Source of the DNA: Antedon mediterranea
Lineage: Eukaryota; Animalia; Echinodermata
Length of the DNA stretch: 64,000 nucleotides
NCBI RefSeq assembly: GCF_964355755.1
Contig: NC_092673.1
Span: forward strand, 27,649,648 to 27,713,647
Reading direction: 5' to 3'
How positions within the stretch are numbered: the stretch's first letter is position 1; the number at the start of each line of letters is the position of its first letter. Position numbers and translations under genes: made by a program. The notes beneath the pieces are model-generated. The model was given only the letters and a program-made list of their open reading frames with translations, was not told the origin of the DNA and did no database searches. Shown piece by piece: positions 25,000 through 37,830 of the stretch.

Positions 25000-26186
25000 A
25001 CATGGTCCTTGTTCCGTCGGTAATGTGACTTTATGTGACAAAAAATGTGATGTGGCCATATTATATAGACATGGTGATGTCATATCACTACCATATTTGG
25101 ACATTTCTCTACCATATTTGGACAGAGTTTAAGTCAGTTGTTCTTGAAATGTCGGGCCGCTTGTTTTGTTGTCATTAATTAATTTTAATGTTAAAGTTTT
25201 ACAGTAAAGCGTCTTTTAATATTTCTGTTTCAACCGTAATCGTAAATATATGGGATCATCAAGATATTACTTTTATCCTATGTAATCATGTTATAATGAA
25301 CACCTTACAAGTTTAGTATAAGCATTAAAATGATAAAATGTGATGATATAGACAAATATAACAAGCACAGGTGAAAATCAATTATTTATTTATCTTACAA
25401 AATACTGCAAATGGAATGTATTGAACTGCGCATGCAATAATAGAAATATTACCATAGCATACAGCATGGAGCATAATATTATAAATCACAAATAATAAAC
25501 AGATTTGAAAAACACAATCAATTATATTCATGTGCACTTTTTAAATTTGGTTCCCATGATTCCCACCAATTTCAAGCGACGGTTTGAATAATCCATCGCT
25601 TTTGATTGGTGTTTCGGACACGTAGAAACGCACGCCTATATACAACAACTTGCATAATGTACATATTATCGGCACGACCACCCCAGATCCCACCTCCCAC
25701 ACACACTCATTTTCGTTCAAAGAGAATGCTTGTGTAATCTTTTCCAGCATCGACCAAAATGATCCCAAACCCCACCTTCCCTTTCCCTCCCTTCATAATC
25801 ATATCGACCTTTTCCGATTGAAGCCATTTACATTAAGTGACGGTAGGGGAAACAACTGAAGATTTTAATTAATATACAGACTTACTAATGACTTGTGCTT
25901 AGTTATTGCTACTTTTCTGGGCTAATTTTGTCTAGTACTTTTACAATATTTCGGACAATAATCAATTCAACTGGTTTGAGTTTTACCAATTTTGTAGAGC
26001 GCCCTCTTTACCGGCACACAAAATTGTTCGATCCGACCGTCAAGAAATTAGCAACAATGTGGTTATTTTATGTTATAGCATTAATGGTCAACAAGTTGTA
26101 TTTACTTTGGCTCAGCTATTCTATTTTCTCTGTACATTAATATTTACGATGCAGCATTTATTGTGGTCAGATATCGCTTAGGCCGC

Positions 26187-29100
26187 TCATGTCAACGAGG
26201 TCTGCATCGGAGTTTGTGCGATGCAGGTCGATGAAGTTGTTGATGGCCTGTGACGAGCGCTCTTCTGGTGGGCCCTTAGTCCAGCTAATTGTGAATAGGC
26301 ACTTTCGCAGACCAAGCATTTGTATGGCTTCTCACCTGAAACGTAAGAATTGTTTAGAATTTATAACGTGTCACGTGATTTGATTTGTGTATCGAACATG
26401 ACGTCACACAAAAATAACGATTACGATCATTCATTGATAGAAATAAGATACAAACAAAATACGAACATATTACGAATGGCAATGAAACGTTGGCTACTCT
26501 AATATTATAATAAACAAACTTGGATAATGAAAACACGTGACATGAATCACATTAATTAACATATTTACCTGTATGTAAACGAATGTGGTTCCTCAACGTC
26601 GACGATTGGCTGAATCGACGCTCACAAAATCTACACGCAAACGGCTTTTCAAGCGTGTGTATGCGCATATGCGAACGGAGGTTACTACGTGAGTTGAAGC
26701 CTCTGTGACAGACGACACAGTGCAGACGACAAGATGGCAAGGCGGGAATCTTTGTTACGTTCAAGTCTTCTGTAAAAACATTGTGTTTCGGTAAGTAATC
26801 TGTTATTTATGTATGTATGTAGTGCACTTTATTCAAATATTGAATGCTTGATTAACAAATACAACCATATAAGACAGATATGTATGATTATTCACTTATT
26901 TGTTATTTAAATTGATTTATTATTATTACTAAAACTTACCGTTTATTTGTTTGTGTTCTTCGGTTGATGTCGGTGACAACGGGATGCCGAGAAACGTTTC
27001 GTAAAAGTTACCGTAATAGACGAGTAATTCTTGGTTTGGAGGGATTGCCTATAAAGACAAGCAGACAAAACAAAAGTTATATCGTGCCTAAATATCTGTA
27101 AGTACAGTTTTACTACTGTCTATTGTTAAGCCTAACCATCGGATAAATTGGTTCTCATGTATTGTACGAGTAGTAGCTAACTCGTGCCACACATAGTGGT
27201 GGGTCTATGATTTTTTTTAACGAGGAGCTCCAAAATAATTCGTTTCTCCTATGCAGAAACAACAATTATAACAAATGTGACAATATGACCTTCAAAATAG
27301 ATTGCTTTAGTCTATTAATATATAAAATAGATATGAAAATGTAGTTCGTAATGGCAAGGAAATCTAACAACAGGATGATGAGATCAAAGAGTTTATCTAT
27401 GGCTGCAAGACGATGCGATCTTAACACAAAAGTACATATTACAGTACTGTATTTGTCGCAGCCAGACATAAAATCAAATGATTGTTACGAGTTCCTATCT
27501 TTGCAAAGCAAGCTCAGTGTCCTGTTTGTTAGATTGCCTTAGTAATGCTAGCTCTCCCTTGGACCCCAAACGCAACTGTTTTCGACTTACTTTTAAAGCC
27601 CTGTAATATATCTCGGTTCCTAATTGGAACACCTCCAAGTTCTGTTCATTCTCGTTACGAGCACAATTCACGTGACACATCCAGGTCTCGTAAGTTTCCT
27701 CCGACGCATCAAGATAGTGAGCAAAGTTACCGTCACTGTCAAACACCTCCCATGCATAGCGATTATCAGTCATAAAGTCCATGTCTTCAGCGGAAACTAT
27801 CTTACCCGTGAATGGACCCATTTCGGTTCCTTCTTTTATCCATGTTGTTGAGAATATGCCGATATCGGAGCCCGGTAGAGAGCTAGGCATAATACTTAAT
27901 TGGTTCGGTACTGGCAAGTCTGTGAAGTAAATACATTGCATTGATAACTTGTATATACAACTGCACTGTATCCTTGAAAGTAACGAAAGAAATGGGCTAT
28001 GAGTGGCTTAGGACCTTGTTGTCTACCCCGTCGTACTATGTCGTTTTTATATATTTTGAAATTTTGTGTATTTTTGAAGAAATGAATATATTATTTACTA
28101 TTACATTTAACGGAAACGATAACGGATACGACAGCGAACAAACAAACCAATTTTTCAGTACACAGTAGTAAAATTGGTTTTGCTTTGGTTTGAACTACCA
28201 TTCTATATTGAAAGCAAAACTAATCGGAAAGTTTTAAGCCCGCAGATATGCTTACTAGGCATGTTTGCATTTTGTTAATATTTTTATTCAAATCTATATT
28301 CATTATCTCTGATACAATTTCTCGGTTAAGTCGTCCTGTTTCGGTTTATATGGACTAAATCCACTTAGTTGTACGCGATGATGGACATATTTATAGTTAT
28401 GTGTAACCAAGTTTCATCGAATTGCACAAAATGGTCTAAAACGTCTCCACCTGTAACTTATGCCTATATTCATTGCATAGTAAGCAAATAAATAAAATTA
28501 AACAAGCGTGTAATATATGAACGCCAGCGCAGTGATAAAAGAGTAGGCCTAGCAGCTATAATGTTTTAATTAAAAGTTAAAAAAATACACATATGTCATT
28601 CAATGCCAGCCAACATACGTGAGCATATGGGTCGTCGCGATGCAACAACGTCAAGTTCACGTATCAAATTAGCAACAAGAGCGGAAATTAAAATTAACTG
28701 TTATTTAGCGGTAAAGTTAATGTGGCGATTCTGATTGATGGACCTATAGAAAATGATCTTACATTGTGGTGTGTTTATCGAAGAAAACCTGTCGAAAATA
28801 CAACGCTTTTTGGTCATCAATACTAACATTAAAAGCGTTGATTGTATTGTTCGCCATAAAAGAAAATAATATCACCCTGAAGCGGTAAAAGTAACTGTAA
28901 TATTAAATCATCAAAAGTCATTTTAGTAGAGTAAAAAAACTACACCAGTCGTGTAATAGCGGTAACTAAGTATCCTACTAAGTAGTTGTCCGTATCCATT
29001 TTCTATTGTTTCACTAATAGGTCTTAACAATTACTTTAAGCTTTAACATAACGTCTTAAACAAGAGAGGTCAAATAGTTACAAAAGCCCCCGGAAAGTCG

Positions 29101-31959
29101 ATCTGCAGCCTCCTGCTCAAAAGCCATTCACTGGGGTTAGCCTCAGGCTATCATTTTCGTGTTTTCTACAGTAAAAGGGTGTAAGAACTATGATAAAAAA
29201 AAGGACCCGTTAATGCATACCCGTCCTCGTTTTGCATTGTGATTTTTTTCAAAGAAAGTTTGTGTAATTGTTGTGTTTACATTTTTCATTGTATACATCA
29301 ATCAAGGAGCTATAACATTTTCTGCCTGCATCAATCAGTCAAGTTACTTAAAACCAAGTTTGAAAATTGATCCAAGTTCTTTATATTCTAGTAATTAACC
29401 AATTAATTTATTTTCAATCAACAAATAAAGTTTTATAAATGGTTTTTCTGACTAGTTTTTTTTTTCAGTTTAAACCAATTAAAATGGGTACGTACGTACG
29501 TATACGACGTCTGGGCAACTAAACTATAGTAGTTAGGCCTATAATATAATGTGTGTCAGGTCATGAGGTAAATAATATGGTCTGGTTCTAACATTATTTA
29601 GACTTATACAATGTAAAATGCCATATCATGTGATCTGACAGAATGTGAAATACGAGGGATTAACATTATACCTTTAAAATCGTGGGAATTTGATTTAGTG
29701 ATAATGAATATGCTGTTATGGATGATTAAATTTATGATGTTAATGATAATAAATGTTGATAAATATAAATAATTAACAAATATAAATAATAATCATTAGG
29801 CCTATTAATGATTACAACCACTTGAATTAAACCAACGAATTCTCACAATAATGGTATTAAAGATGTATTGTCCCGCAAAAACATGAACATGAAGATCAGA
29901 CCATTGTTTGACAGACATTATTATTTTTTTTAATTACATTTTTTTTTTCAGGTAAATAATTATTTTTTCGATCCAGTGAACTATTAAGTGACATTAGAAT
30001 GGCATATTAAAAAAGCATATGAAAAAAAAATAATTTTTTTAGGGGACAATATATCTTTAAGTATCAATAATCGTGTAAATGAATAGGCCTACGGACGGTT
30101 GATGATGGTGATGATGATGGTATAATCGTAATCGTCCTAGAGGTCAATGACCTCCTCATCATTTTTATAGGTCAGCTTTTGTTTAATTATCCTAAATTAA
30201 AAATATGATGCTGGCAGTATTATATTGGATACGTTTGAATACTTTTAAAAATTTCTATTTTTAAAGTAATAAAGTATATCATAATGCGAATACAAACGTT
30301 GTAAAGAATACTGTTATTGTGATACTGTTATATATGCTGGTACTTTACGCCGGTTTTTGACCCTGATAACGTACGTTTTTTACCCCGCAAGTGCACATGA
30401 AATAGGCCTAAGAACCTTTTTTAAATTTTTTTTTCTATTTTCATCAGCTTTGTGTCTATTCATTGTACGTAATTAAAAGCCTATATAATGTACGTATACC
30501 AAGTAACATGTTTAACATTGTATTATTGTGAAATGTACATCATATTATGAAAAATATTATTTATTGAGTTTATTATATTATTCCTTGGTTATAATATTTA
30601 CTTATAGTGCGCTTTTTACTGTACATCTTTTGTCTCCGCCTTAAACAAAAAAATTAAGAAAAATTATGATTTTAATTCTAAATAGTCCTATAGCAATAGA
30701 ATAACATTGCGTATATATTTCTATTTAACATGGCAAATTTGTCGTATATGCTTCATTATAGGCCTACGTATATGTCTATATTAATATTATGGCATTCTTT
30801 CCTTTTTGTAACATTTTAAAACCATGAATTTACAAGGATGTTATGAGATTGTAGTCGTATTTAATAACCTTACTTTAAATGTGTTAACATGATTAGGCCT
30901 AACAAACGAAAAGCAATTGTTGATAAATAAGCTCTATAAACTACGTGCAAACGTAACATTGCTTTTAAATCATTCACATATTGTCTGAATTGTACCGCCA
31001 ACTGACATACCTACATCGTAGGCCCAGAGTGCTAATGAAGACACAATATGTTCATTTCAAACTCGCGTGATAACACTTTGCGCAATAACGCACGAGATTG
31101 GTTATGCATTGTTTCACTACGCCGGGTTCACACCGGTTGCGTTTTACGCCAAACGTGTAGGACCTACCTGGATTCCGTGTACCTAAATTGTCACTGTTTA
31201 CGACAATCATCTGTTGTCGGTCGGCTATCCTATATTTATTATATAGCTAGGTATTAGTTGTGAGGTCGTCACACGTGCGTTGTATGTAGTTTATCATGCC
31301 GTTCTGCTTCTCCATTGTTTACATAACATATTATCTATTTTAGAGTGTCCAACATATTTCCAAATACCTACGATTATCATTTCGAATAATAGTTACATAT
31401 ACTCATAATAATATTATGTTTAATTCGGTATTATTCGTCAAAAACATTCTCGACAAGAAACCAGTAGTAGTTATTAAAATTATATTACATAATTGAATGT
31501 TATTTATTATGATATTTTAGCTAAACATCGTTTAATGTAGTAGTTATGTAATAAACACATGATAGATATACTTGATGTCTTGTTATACTGGGCCGTTGGT
31601 GTCGTATGCTTGGCACATGCGTAATGACGTATTACAAAGGTCGAAATTTGTCGAAATTTCGACAAATGCCGAACAACTTGTCGAAACGCGCTGTTTATAA
31701 ATTGTGTTTTTAGAGTTAAATTTCAACTTTTTATCACATAATCTGTTGATAATGGCTATGGGAGTCTACACAGACTATATTTAACTGTAAATTAATGAAA
31801 ATAATTATGTTTACCTTTCTTTTTCTCGATGATTTCGTTGGCACTGTGTTTCGTCTGCCGGGTGACCGTCTCCCCAACGACGTTACACCATTTACCGTAA
31901 AGCGCGTTTCGCAGCAACTCGGCTGTAATCAAATTACTCGGTAAAGAAGACTGGGACAT
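26187..31959 (-). CDS. PRDM12: PR/SET domain zinc finger protein 12
   Basis: Minus-strand exons 31959-31815 (an in-frame upstream ATG at 32022 is also possible), 27919-27591, 27048-26940, 26769-26569, 26335-26187. They encode [18 protein letters not shown], a PR/SET domain ([19 protein letters not shown]...[12 protein letters not shown]...[12 protein letters not shown]) and three C2H2 fingers ([65 protein letters not shown]), nearly identical to vertebrate PRDM12 fingers. Confidence 0.95.
29857..30060. mobile_element. TTAA-flanked MITE (Kolobok-like), PRDM12 intron 1
   Basis: Same TIRs and TTAA TSD as 4358-4560. Confidence 0.7.
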
Positions 31960-31989
31960 TTTTAAATTTCGTGTATCTACCTCGATAGA

Positions 31990-32032
31990 TGAACTGTTAA
32001 AACACTTGTTGAAATTTGCCATTTATATATAG
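31990..32032 (-). promoter_or_regulatory. Putative PRDM12 core promoter (TATA box plus Inr-like)
   Basis: The minus strand reads TATATATAAA at ~32032-32023, with an Inr-like ACAGTT about 30-35 nt downstream (~31997-31992). This places the ATG at 32022 upstream of the likely TSS and favours the ATG at 31959. Confidence 0.45.
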
Positions 32033-34803
32033 CCAGCAGTCAAAGTGGTTGAATGTTGTCGGGCAAACGCCACATTGTCCTAAATCGCATTTGATTAGTT
32101 GCTAATGAAGTAGCTAAACACTCTTTTAACAATCAGGCAATGTTGAACAAAGGCTGACTAAATTTGTGTATCTTAATACGACAAGTGTCTGTTATGATAT
32201 GAAAACGTGGAGAACAGCAGCACGGTGGCTGCGCCTGTCCTGTAGTTCAAACCTCTAAGCGATGTGCACCTGCAAGTTGTTCTAGCGGGTGCCGCGTGTA
32301 TCTGGTCAGGACGCAAACGTCAGAGTCATTAATTTCAATGCATAAGAAAAGAAGTAAAGCTGTACTGACAGGTGAAGAGCATGCTAGCTAGGGAAACTCA
32401 ATTAATATAAATAAATGCCTGATAAATGGTGCGCCAACACACGCTCAAAGTTTGACAAAGTTCGTGGCAGCTGGTTTGGTTAACGTGTGTTCAACGTTAC
32501 CAACTACACGTAGCCTACAAGCAACAACACAGAAATATAAAATACTTTGTTAAATATTTAATAAGACAGCGATTAAACAAAGCGCGGCTACTAGATAAGT
32601 TAGAGTGATTACTAACTTGTTAGTTGGAATCGTTTACAAAGGAGAAATATTGGGGACGGAGAATGACTTATTGACGACATAACCGCGCCGCGAGAAAAAA
32701 AAAACAACACATGAGTACAGTCCACCCACACGAAACCATTCAAAACACTTGTTGCATTTACATTATACATTTTATTCAGGCAGATGTTATTAAAACGAAT
32801 GATTTATCCAACAATGTCATACCAACATTTTCTTCACTTGAGATGTCTTCTTATTAGCAAGATAACGTCATTGCAATTATTTTTTTCCAATATAAAGTTG
32901 ATGTAAAACCCTTAAACGTATGCCATACGCACAATTCGAAAACACTGCGTATCTTAGCGCAAATATCATTATCGATTTAATACAGACTATTTTTACACAA
33001 AAAGTTGTTTTTTTTTTCAATCGTAGGCCCTGATTAAATCGACAAGATATAGTAACAGATTGCGCTAAAATTATTGTTTTATTGATGGTGTAAAAACCAA
33101 AAGACCATAAATAATACTTGTATCATTGACGTACAGCATATCATGGAGTAGTTTAAAAGTGATTTAGTACAAGATGATTATTGATTACGTTAAAAAATAA
33201 GTATTTCTAAGGCCATATTCTCATTCAATTATCAAAAATGTACATATGTAATAACCAGCGGAATTATAGGCCAATTAGATAATTGTATATACTCTACAGT
33301 GTATAATATCTCGATTCCATCATCTTCTATTGGAATAATTTAAGTATCCGTACGCACAATAAGATTCATAAAACTGTTTATAATGGTACACGAAGATACA
33401 CTTTAACATGAATATGATTTATTTATCCTTTTGATATGTTATATAACCTGTAGGGTAACAGTACGTTCTAGTCCAGCCCCTTCTAGATAACTTTTGTTTT
33501 GCATTATGTCTTTGATGTTTGTTAGTTATACATTTTGATATTTTATACACTTTATACCAGAATTCAGCTTTACAATTTTAATAAATAAACCTGAAATAAT
33601 ATTACCATAATCACCTCAACGAAAAAAGGTATTTGCAGTGTAAAAGAGAGTGATGAAATATGGTCTTAGTAAACCAGAAAAGTGTCTATGTAGAGACATG
33701 TAAACGTTTGATCCCAACAATATTTTAGTGTTGTGATAAAAAAGTTTTATCATCAACACAGATGTTAATACGCTATATATTTATATTGAATTTAGCCCTC
33801 GCATTTTCAAAGAATTGCTGCGGTTGTTACAACACAAAACAAACACTTGAGATTCTTTGAATATATTAAATACATTTTCTAGCTAATTTGATAAAAACAA
33901 TATGTTTGTGTGAATTGTATTATTGGAAGTACAAACCATCATTCAATGAATTGGATTAAAGAATTAATGGGAAGAAGAGAATTGGTGGTGTCCACAATCT
34001 TAGCCATCGCAACGCTTACGGCATATTTATTGAATTTGACGTTGCCGTAAATGATTATTATGACAATTGAGTTATTTACTGAGAGCAGACAGTGATTATA
34101 TGATGATGATGTTGAATATGACGATGCCATAGAATTGTTTATGGTGATGGGCCTACTAATACGCCTATGTAGGCCTATGTATTTGATTGGCTGTTTAAAG
34201 TATGGCGTAGGGGTGCATACGTTGTGCCCATTGGTTATAACATAAGAGGAGGCCAAAACAATATAGCCAATTGCGGATCCAGAACGAGAGGGAGGAGGAC
34301 CCATGGAAGCTGTCGCTTCAATAGGTTTACATCCGGGTACATAAATCGGCTTTTCCGATATATATTTTATTTGTTAGGAGAGCAGACTAAACATTATGAT
34401 TAAATAAAAAAAAAATGTCCATGCGTCTATATTAGGCATATCGAGAGTAGGCCCTATATCGAAGTAATTATATATAAAGGGCCTGAAAAAATGTTATATG
34501 CCCATATATAGACATGATGATGTCATATCACTACCATATTTAAACATAGCACTACCATGGGCACATCAAACTTTTTTGACACATAAAGTTTGATAGTGTA
34601 GACAAAGATTAAAGATGTGTTTTCTCATTCTCCTCTTTCTTTTCTCTCCCATTTCTTTATTTCAGTGGAGGGAGGAGGGTGGTATTAACTACTAAGAAAA
34701 GCAATTTTTAAAGCTTAATATATTTATTTGAATTTTATGTTTTTACTTATGTTCTTATTGTAAAAAAAAATAAAAATTAAGAATAATTGAGTAATTGTAT
34801 TGC

Positions 34804-34809
<6 letters not shown>

Positions 34810-34882
<73 letters not shown>
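34810..34882. repeat. (TA)n microsatellite
   Basis: About 36 TA units; a second (TA)n tract at ~35073-35121. Confidence 0.95.
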
Positions 34883-34887
<5 letters not shown>

Positions 34888-35071
34888 ATATATATACCTT
34901 TGTCGTGGATATGTATGTGTGCAATTATGTACTCGAATATAATATGCACTTGTGTGTTTTTGTACAGAGACATAGACCTATTGGTTTTTGTTTGTTTTTT
35001 GTTTGTAGAGAGGAATAGTTAAAATAAAAGAAAGTTATGAAAAAAGTGGATAATACATATAAAAGTATAAA

Positions 35072-35123
<52 letters not shown>

Positions 35124-35209
35124 CTGAACGAATTGTTTCGATCAAATCGTATAAAAGATAAAAGAAAGTACAAGAAAATTAGGCCTACTGGAAAAAAAAA
35201 TCAGAATAA

Positions 35210-36469
35210 GGCCAAATAAAAAAAAATACTTGTTAAGCGTCACACCCTCATAAATTTTCAGGGGCGGGGGGACGGTTTTTTTTTTTTTTTTTTACTTTTT
35301 ATGGAGGTATAATTTTGTGCGATGGACGTTTTGGCCCACTTTTTTTTAGGACGAAACGTCAAACTTTTAAAATGCGAAACAGAACAAAATTGACTATGTA
35401 TGAAATATTATTGCCGATGACAAAATTGAGTTTTGTATTGTTTATATCCAGACGTAATTAAAACATTAAATTTAATTGCCACCGAGCGAAATTGTAGGCC
35501 CTAGGCTAATCCGTCCAAGCTGCCACCCCCGCCTCACTCACTCGTCCGCCGTCTCTCGCTCGACTCATCTATCCAGGAAATTCCCTATCGCGAGAAGCAT
35601 GATGTTGGTCTCAATAATACTAAATAGTGGGCTGATTTTGAAAACAGCTTACGGCATTTCTTAAGTGAATTTTTATTCAACGTATTCATTCTTCTTTGAT
35701 GAATCCTTTGCCAATTGCTGTGTAAATCAGTATTTAAAGTTGTGATGCGAAAAGTGTGTGTAATTATTCCACACAGGTAAACCAGGCATAAGAAAACGCA
35801 TCGCCGGGCCCATCGCCCAACAGGACCTCGTGGTGTGCCGATCTCGAGCGCGAGATCATCGTAAACAAAATTGGTAGAGCCCATTATGTATGGGGTGTTT
35901 CCTATTTACGAACCTATAAAAAACGCGCCTCGACCACTGTGTAGGCAAAATATTTATTTCGTTAAATCCCTAAATTGATAATCGTGTATTCTGTAATCAC
36001 GTGACTGATGATGTAATCCTCAGCGACGTACTAAATGCACGTGATTTAATGTGTTGGGGAAAAAGCCTGCTGTTTACCACATTACATGATTCGCGGTGCT
36101 ATTCGCGTTTCCTTGACGTAAATCGGCGGCGTGTAAATGAAACAATTGTTTTCACCAAATTGCCGTTGTCGACAAAGAGCGATCGGTGGCTAGCTAGCGT
36201 GGCTAAGCTAAGAAGTACGTATTTTTCAAAAATTACACCAGCCTAGCAAACATTTGCTAGTTTTTTGAAATTTTCAACTAGCAATTATGAAGAATCTACT
36301 AGCAAAATGCTAGTTGCTAGCGTGAATTTTGAGCCCTGCTCTGGAGCTGGGCCGGGCCGCTGAACTTTCCGTTATATATGGGTAAAAAAAAAAAAAAAAT
36401 AAAAAGAGAGGCGGCTGGATAATCAGGAGCGGGCGGTGACGCTTAACAAGTATGTTTTTTTATTTGGCC
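35210..36469. mobile_element. Non-autonomous DNA transposon (PIF/Harbinger-like) between PRDM12 and FUBP
   Basis: TIR GGCCAAATAAAAAAA..ATACTTGTTAAGCGTCAC / GTGACGCTTAACAAGTATG-TTTTTTTATTTGGCC with TAA on both flanks. No transposase ORF. Confidence 0.75.
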
Positions 36470-37736
36470 TAACAAGGGAATATATAATTATTTGGATGAA
36501 GTGTAAAATCATTGTATTGATCATTTGAGAATGAAATGAATAAAATAGTGGTTAACGCCACAAAAGAGAAAAAAAAACTACTAGTTTTTATAATTAAAGA
36601 TCGAATGCACTTTTGTAGGCTAACGTTATTAATCTCTCGCGTGTGGCAGTACGCAGGCCTATTGGCGAGCCCTGTATGTAAAAAACTGAATTACCAAGCG
36701 CGATGTTAGTATTGCTTCTTTCCACCATAATGTTAACAGTAGTAAGGGCTACTAAATAGGCTACTCTTATCTACGATCGGTAGGTAGGCCTACACAGTTA
36801 TGATTGGCCTATTACCAATTACCCGATCGATATATTAATCTTGAATTCCTTATACAAACATCAATAAGCCACTATAATTGTCTATGTTTGACTTCCCTAT
36901 TGACTCTTTCACGTAAGGCGCCTTAATAACTCATTTGAGGAATCTTAAGGGGCAGAATTTGAAGATTAAGATGGATAAATCAGCCGCGATACTCCCATTG
37001 TTAAAACAATATTTGTAATAATATCGGAGGCTACACAATAACGTAAGAAACTTAACTCCTCCGACGACTGCTGTTAGTGAACGTCACTTTCTGCGGCCAT
37101 GTTTGATTGGTCCGTTCCTCTATGAAATAAATACAAATTTACCCCTCCCTCTAACTTATTTTAATGTTGAAATGTCGTATCGTATTTTCAGAGAGCGGGA
37201 TCAACGATGTTCATTAGTCTCATGTTGCAAGATTTAGGTGCGGATAAATGTAAGCCCCTACGTTCTGTTTTAAAATCACAAATTAAGGCCTGCAATAAAG
37301 AATGATCACACATTTACTACGGAGGTATATACCTCCATACATAAACAAACGAATGTAACGACGTTAAAATTGTATCAAATCAAACATACTGGTACCGGTA
37401 TAGGCTAGCTAAAAATTGAAAGTACTGAATTGTAATTATAATAATAAATGAAAAAAGTAATGAAATTAAACTTTAATGAAAGTATTTTTTTCTTCAATCA
37501 AACCCTCATAAATGTAAAATGAAAGATTCAAAGTACGAAAGCCGTAACATGTACTCTGTCACACAGGATAATTAGTTAAACACTTTAACAATTTTTTTGC
37601 AGATCTGAAAATATATAGACTTTGCGTTTTAATATTGGATCTGTGAGTGGTACAAAAGGATCACTTTTATTACTCTCTGCATGCTGTAAGCGTACTTTTT
37701 TTGGTCATCCGCCCTCTTTTGCCAAAATGCATATTA

Positions 37737-37773
37737 TCACGTGACCTAATAACGCCGACGACAAAGCCATTTT
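37737..37773 (+). promoter_or_regulatory. Putative FUBP promoter elements (TCACGTGAC E-box; YY1-type GCCATTTT)
   Basis: TCACGTGAC at 37737-37745 and GCCATTTT at 37766-37773 lie 60-95 nt upstream of the ATG at 37831. This is a typical housekeeping-gene arrangement, supported by motif match only. Confidence 0.35.
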
Positions 37774-37830
37774 GGAGTTTGCTTCAGCACATGTTCGTTG
37801 TTAATATTTCTGTTTAAAATATTGTCTAAA

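Noticed and set aside
31960-32022. Longer PRDM12 N-terminus from the ATG at 32022
   Set aside because: That ATG abuts the TATA-like box, and similarity to PRDM12 begins only after the ATG at 31959. It is not fully excluded.
33939-34304. 121-aa minus-strand ORF upstream of PRDM12
   Set aside because: No recognisable domain; composition fits AT-rich non-coding DNA.
34795-35173. ORFs with poly-(YI) tracts
   Set aside because: They are translations of (TA)n microsatellites.
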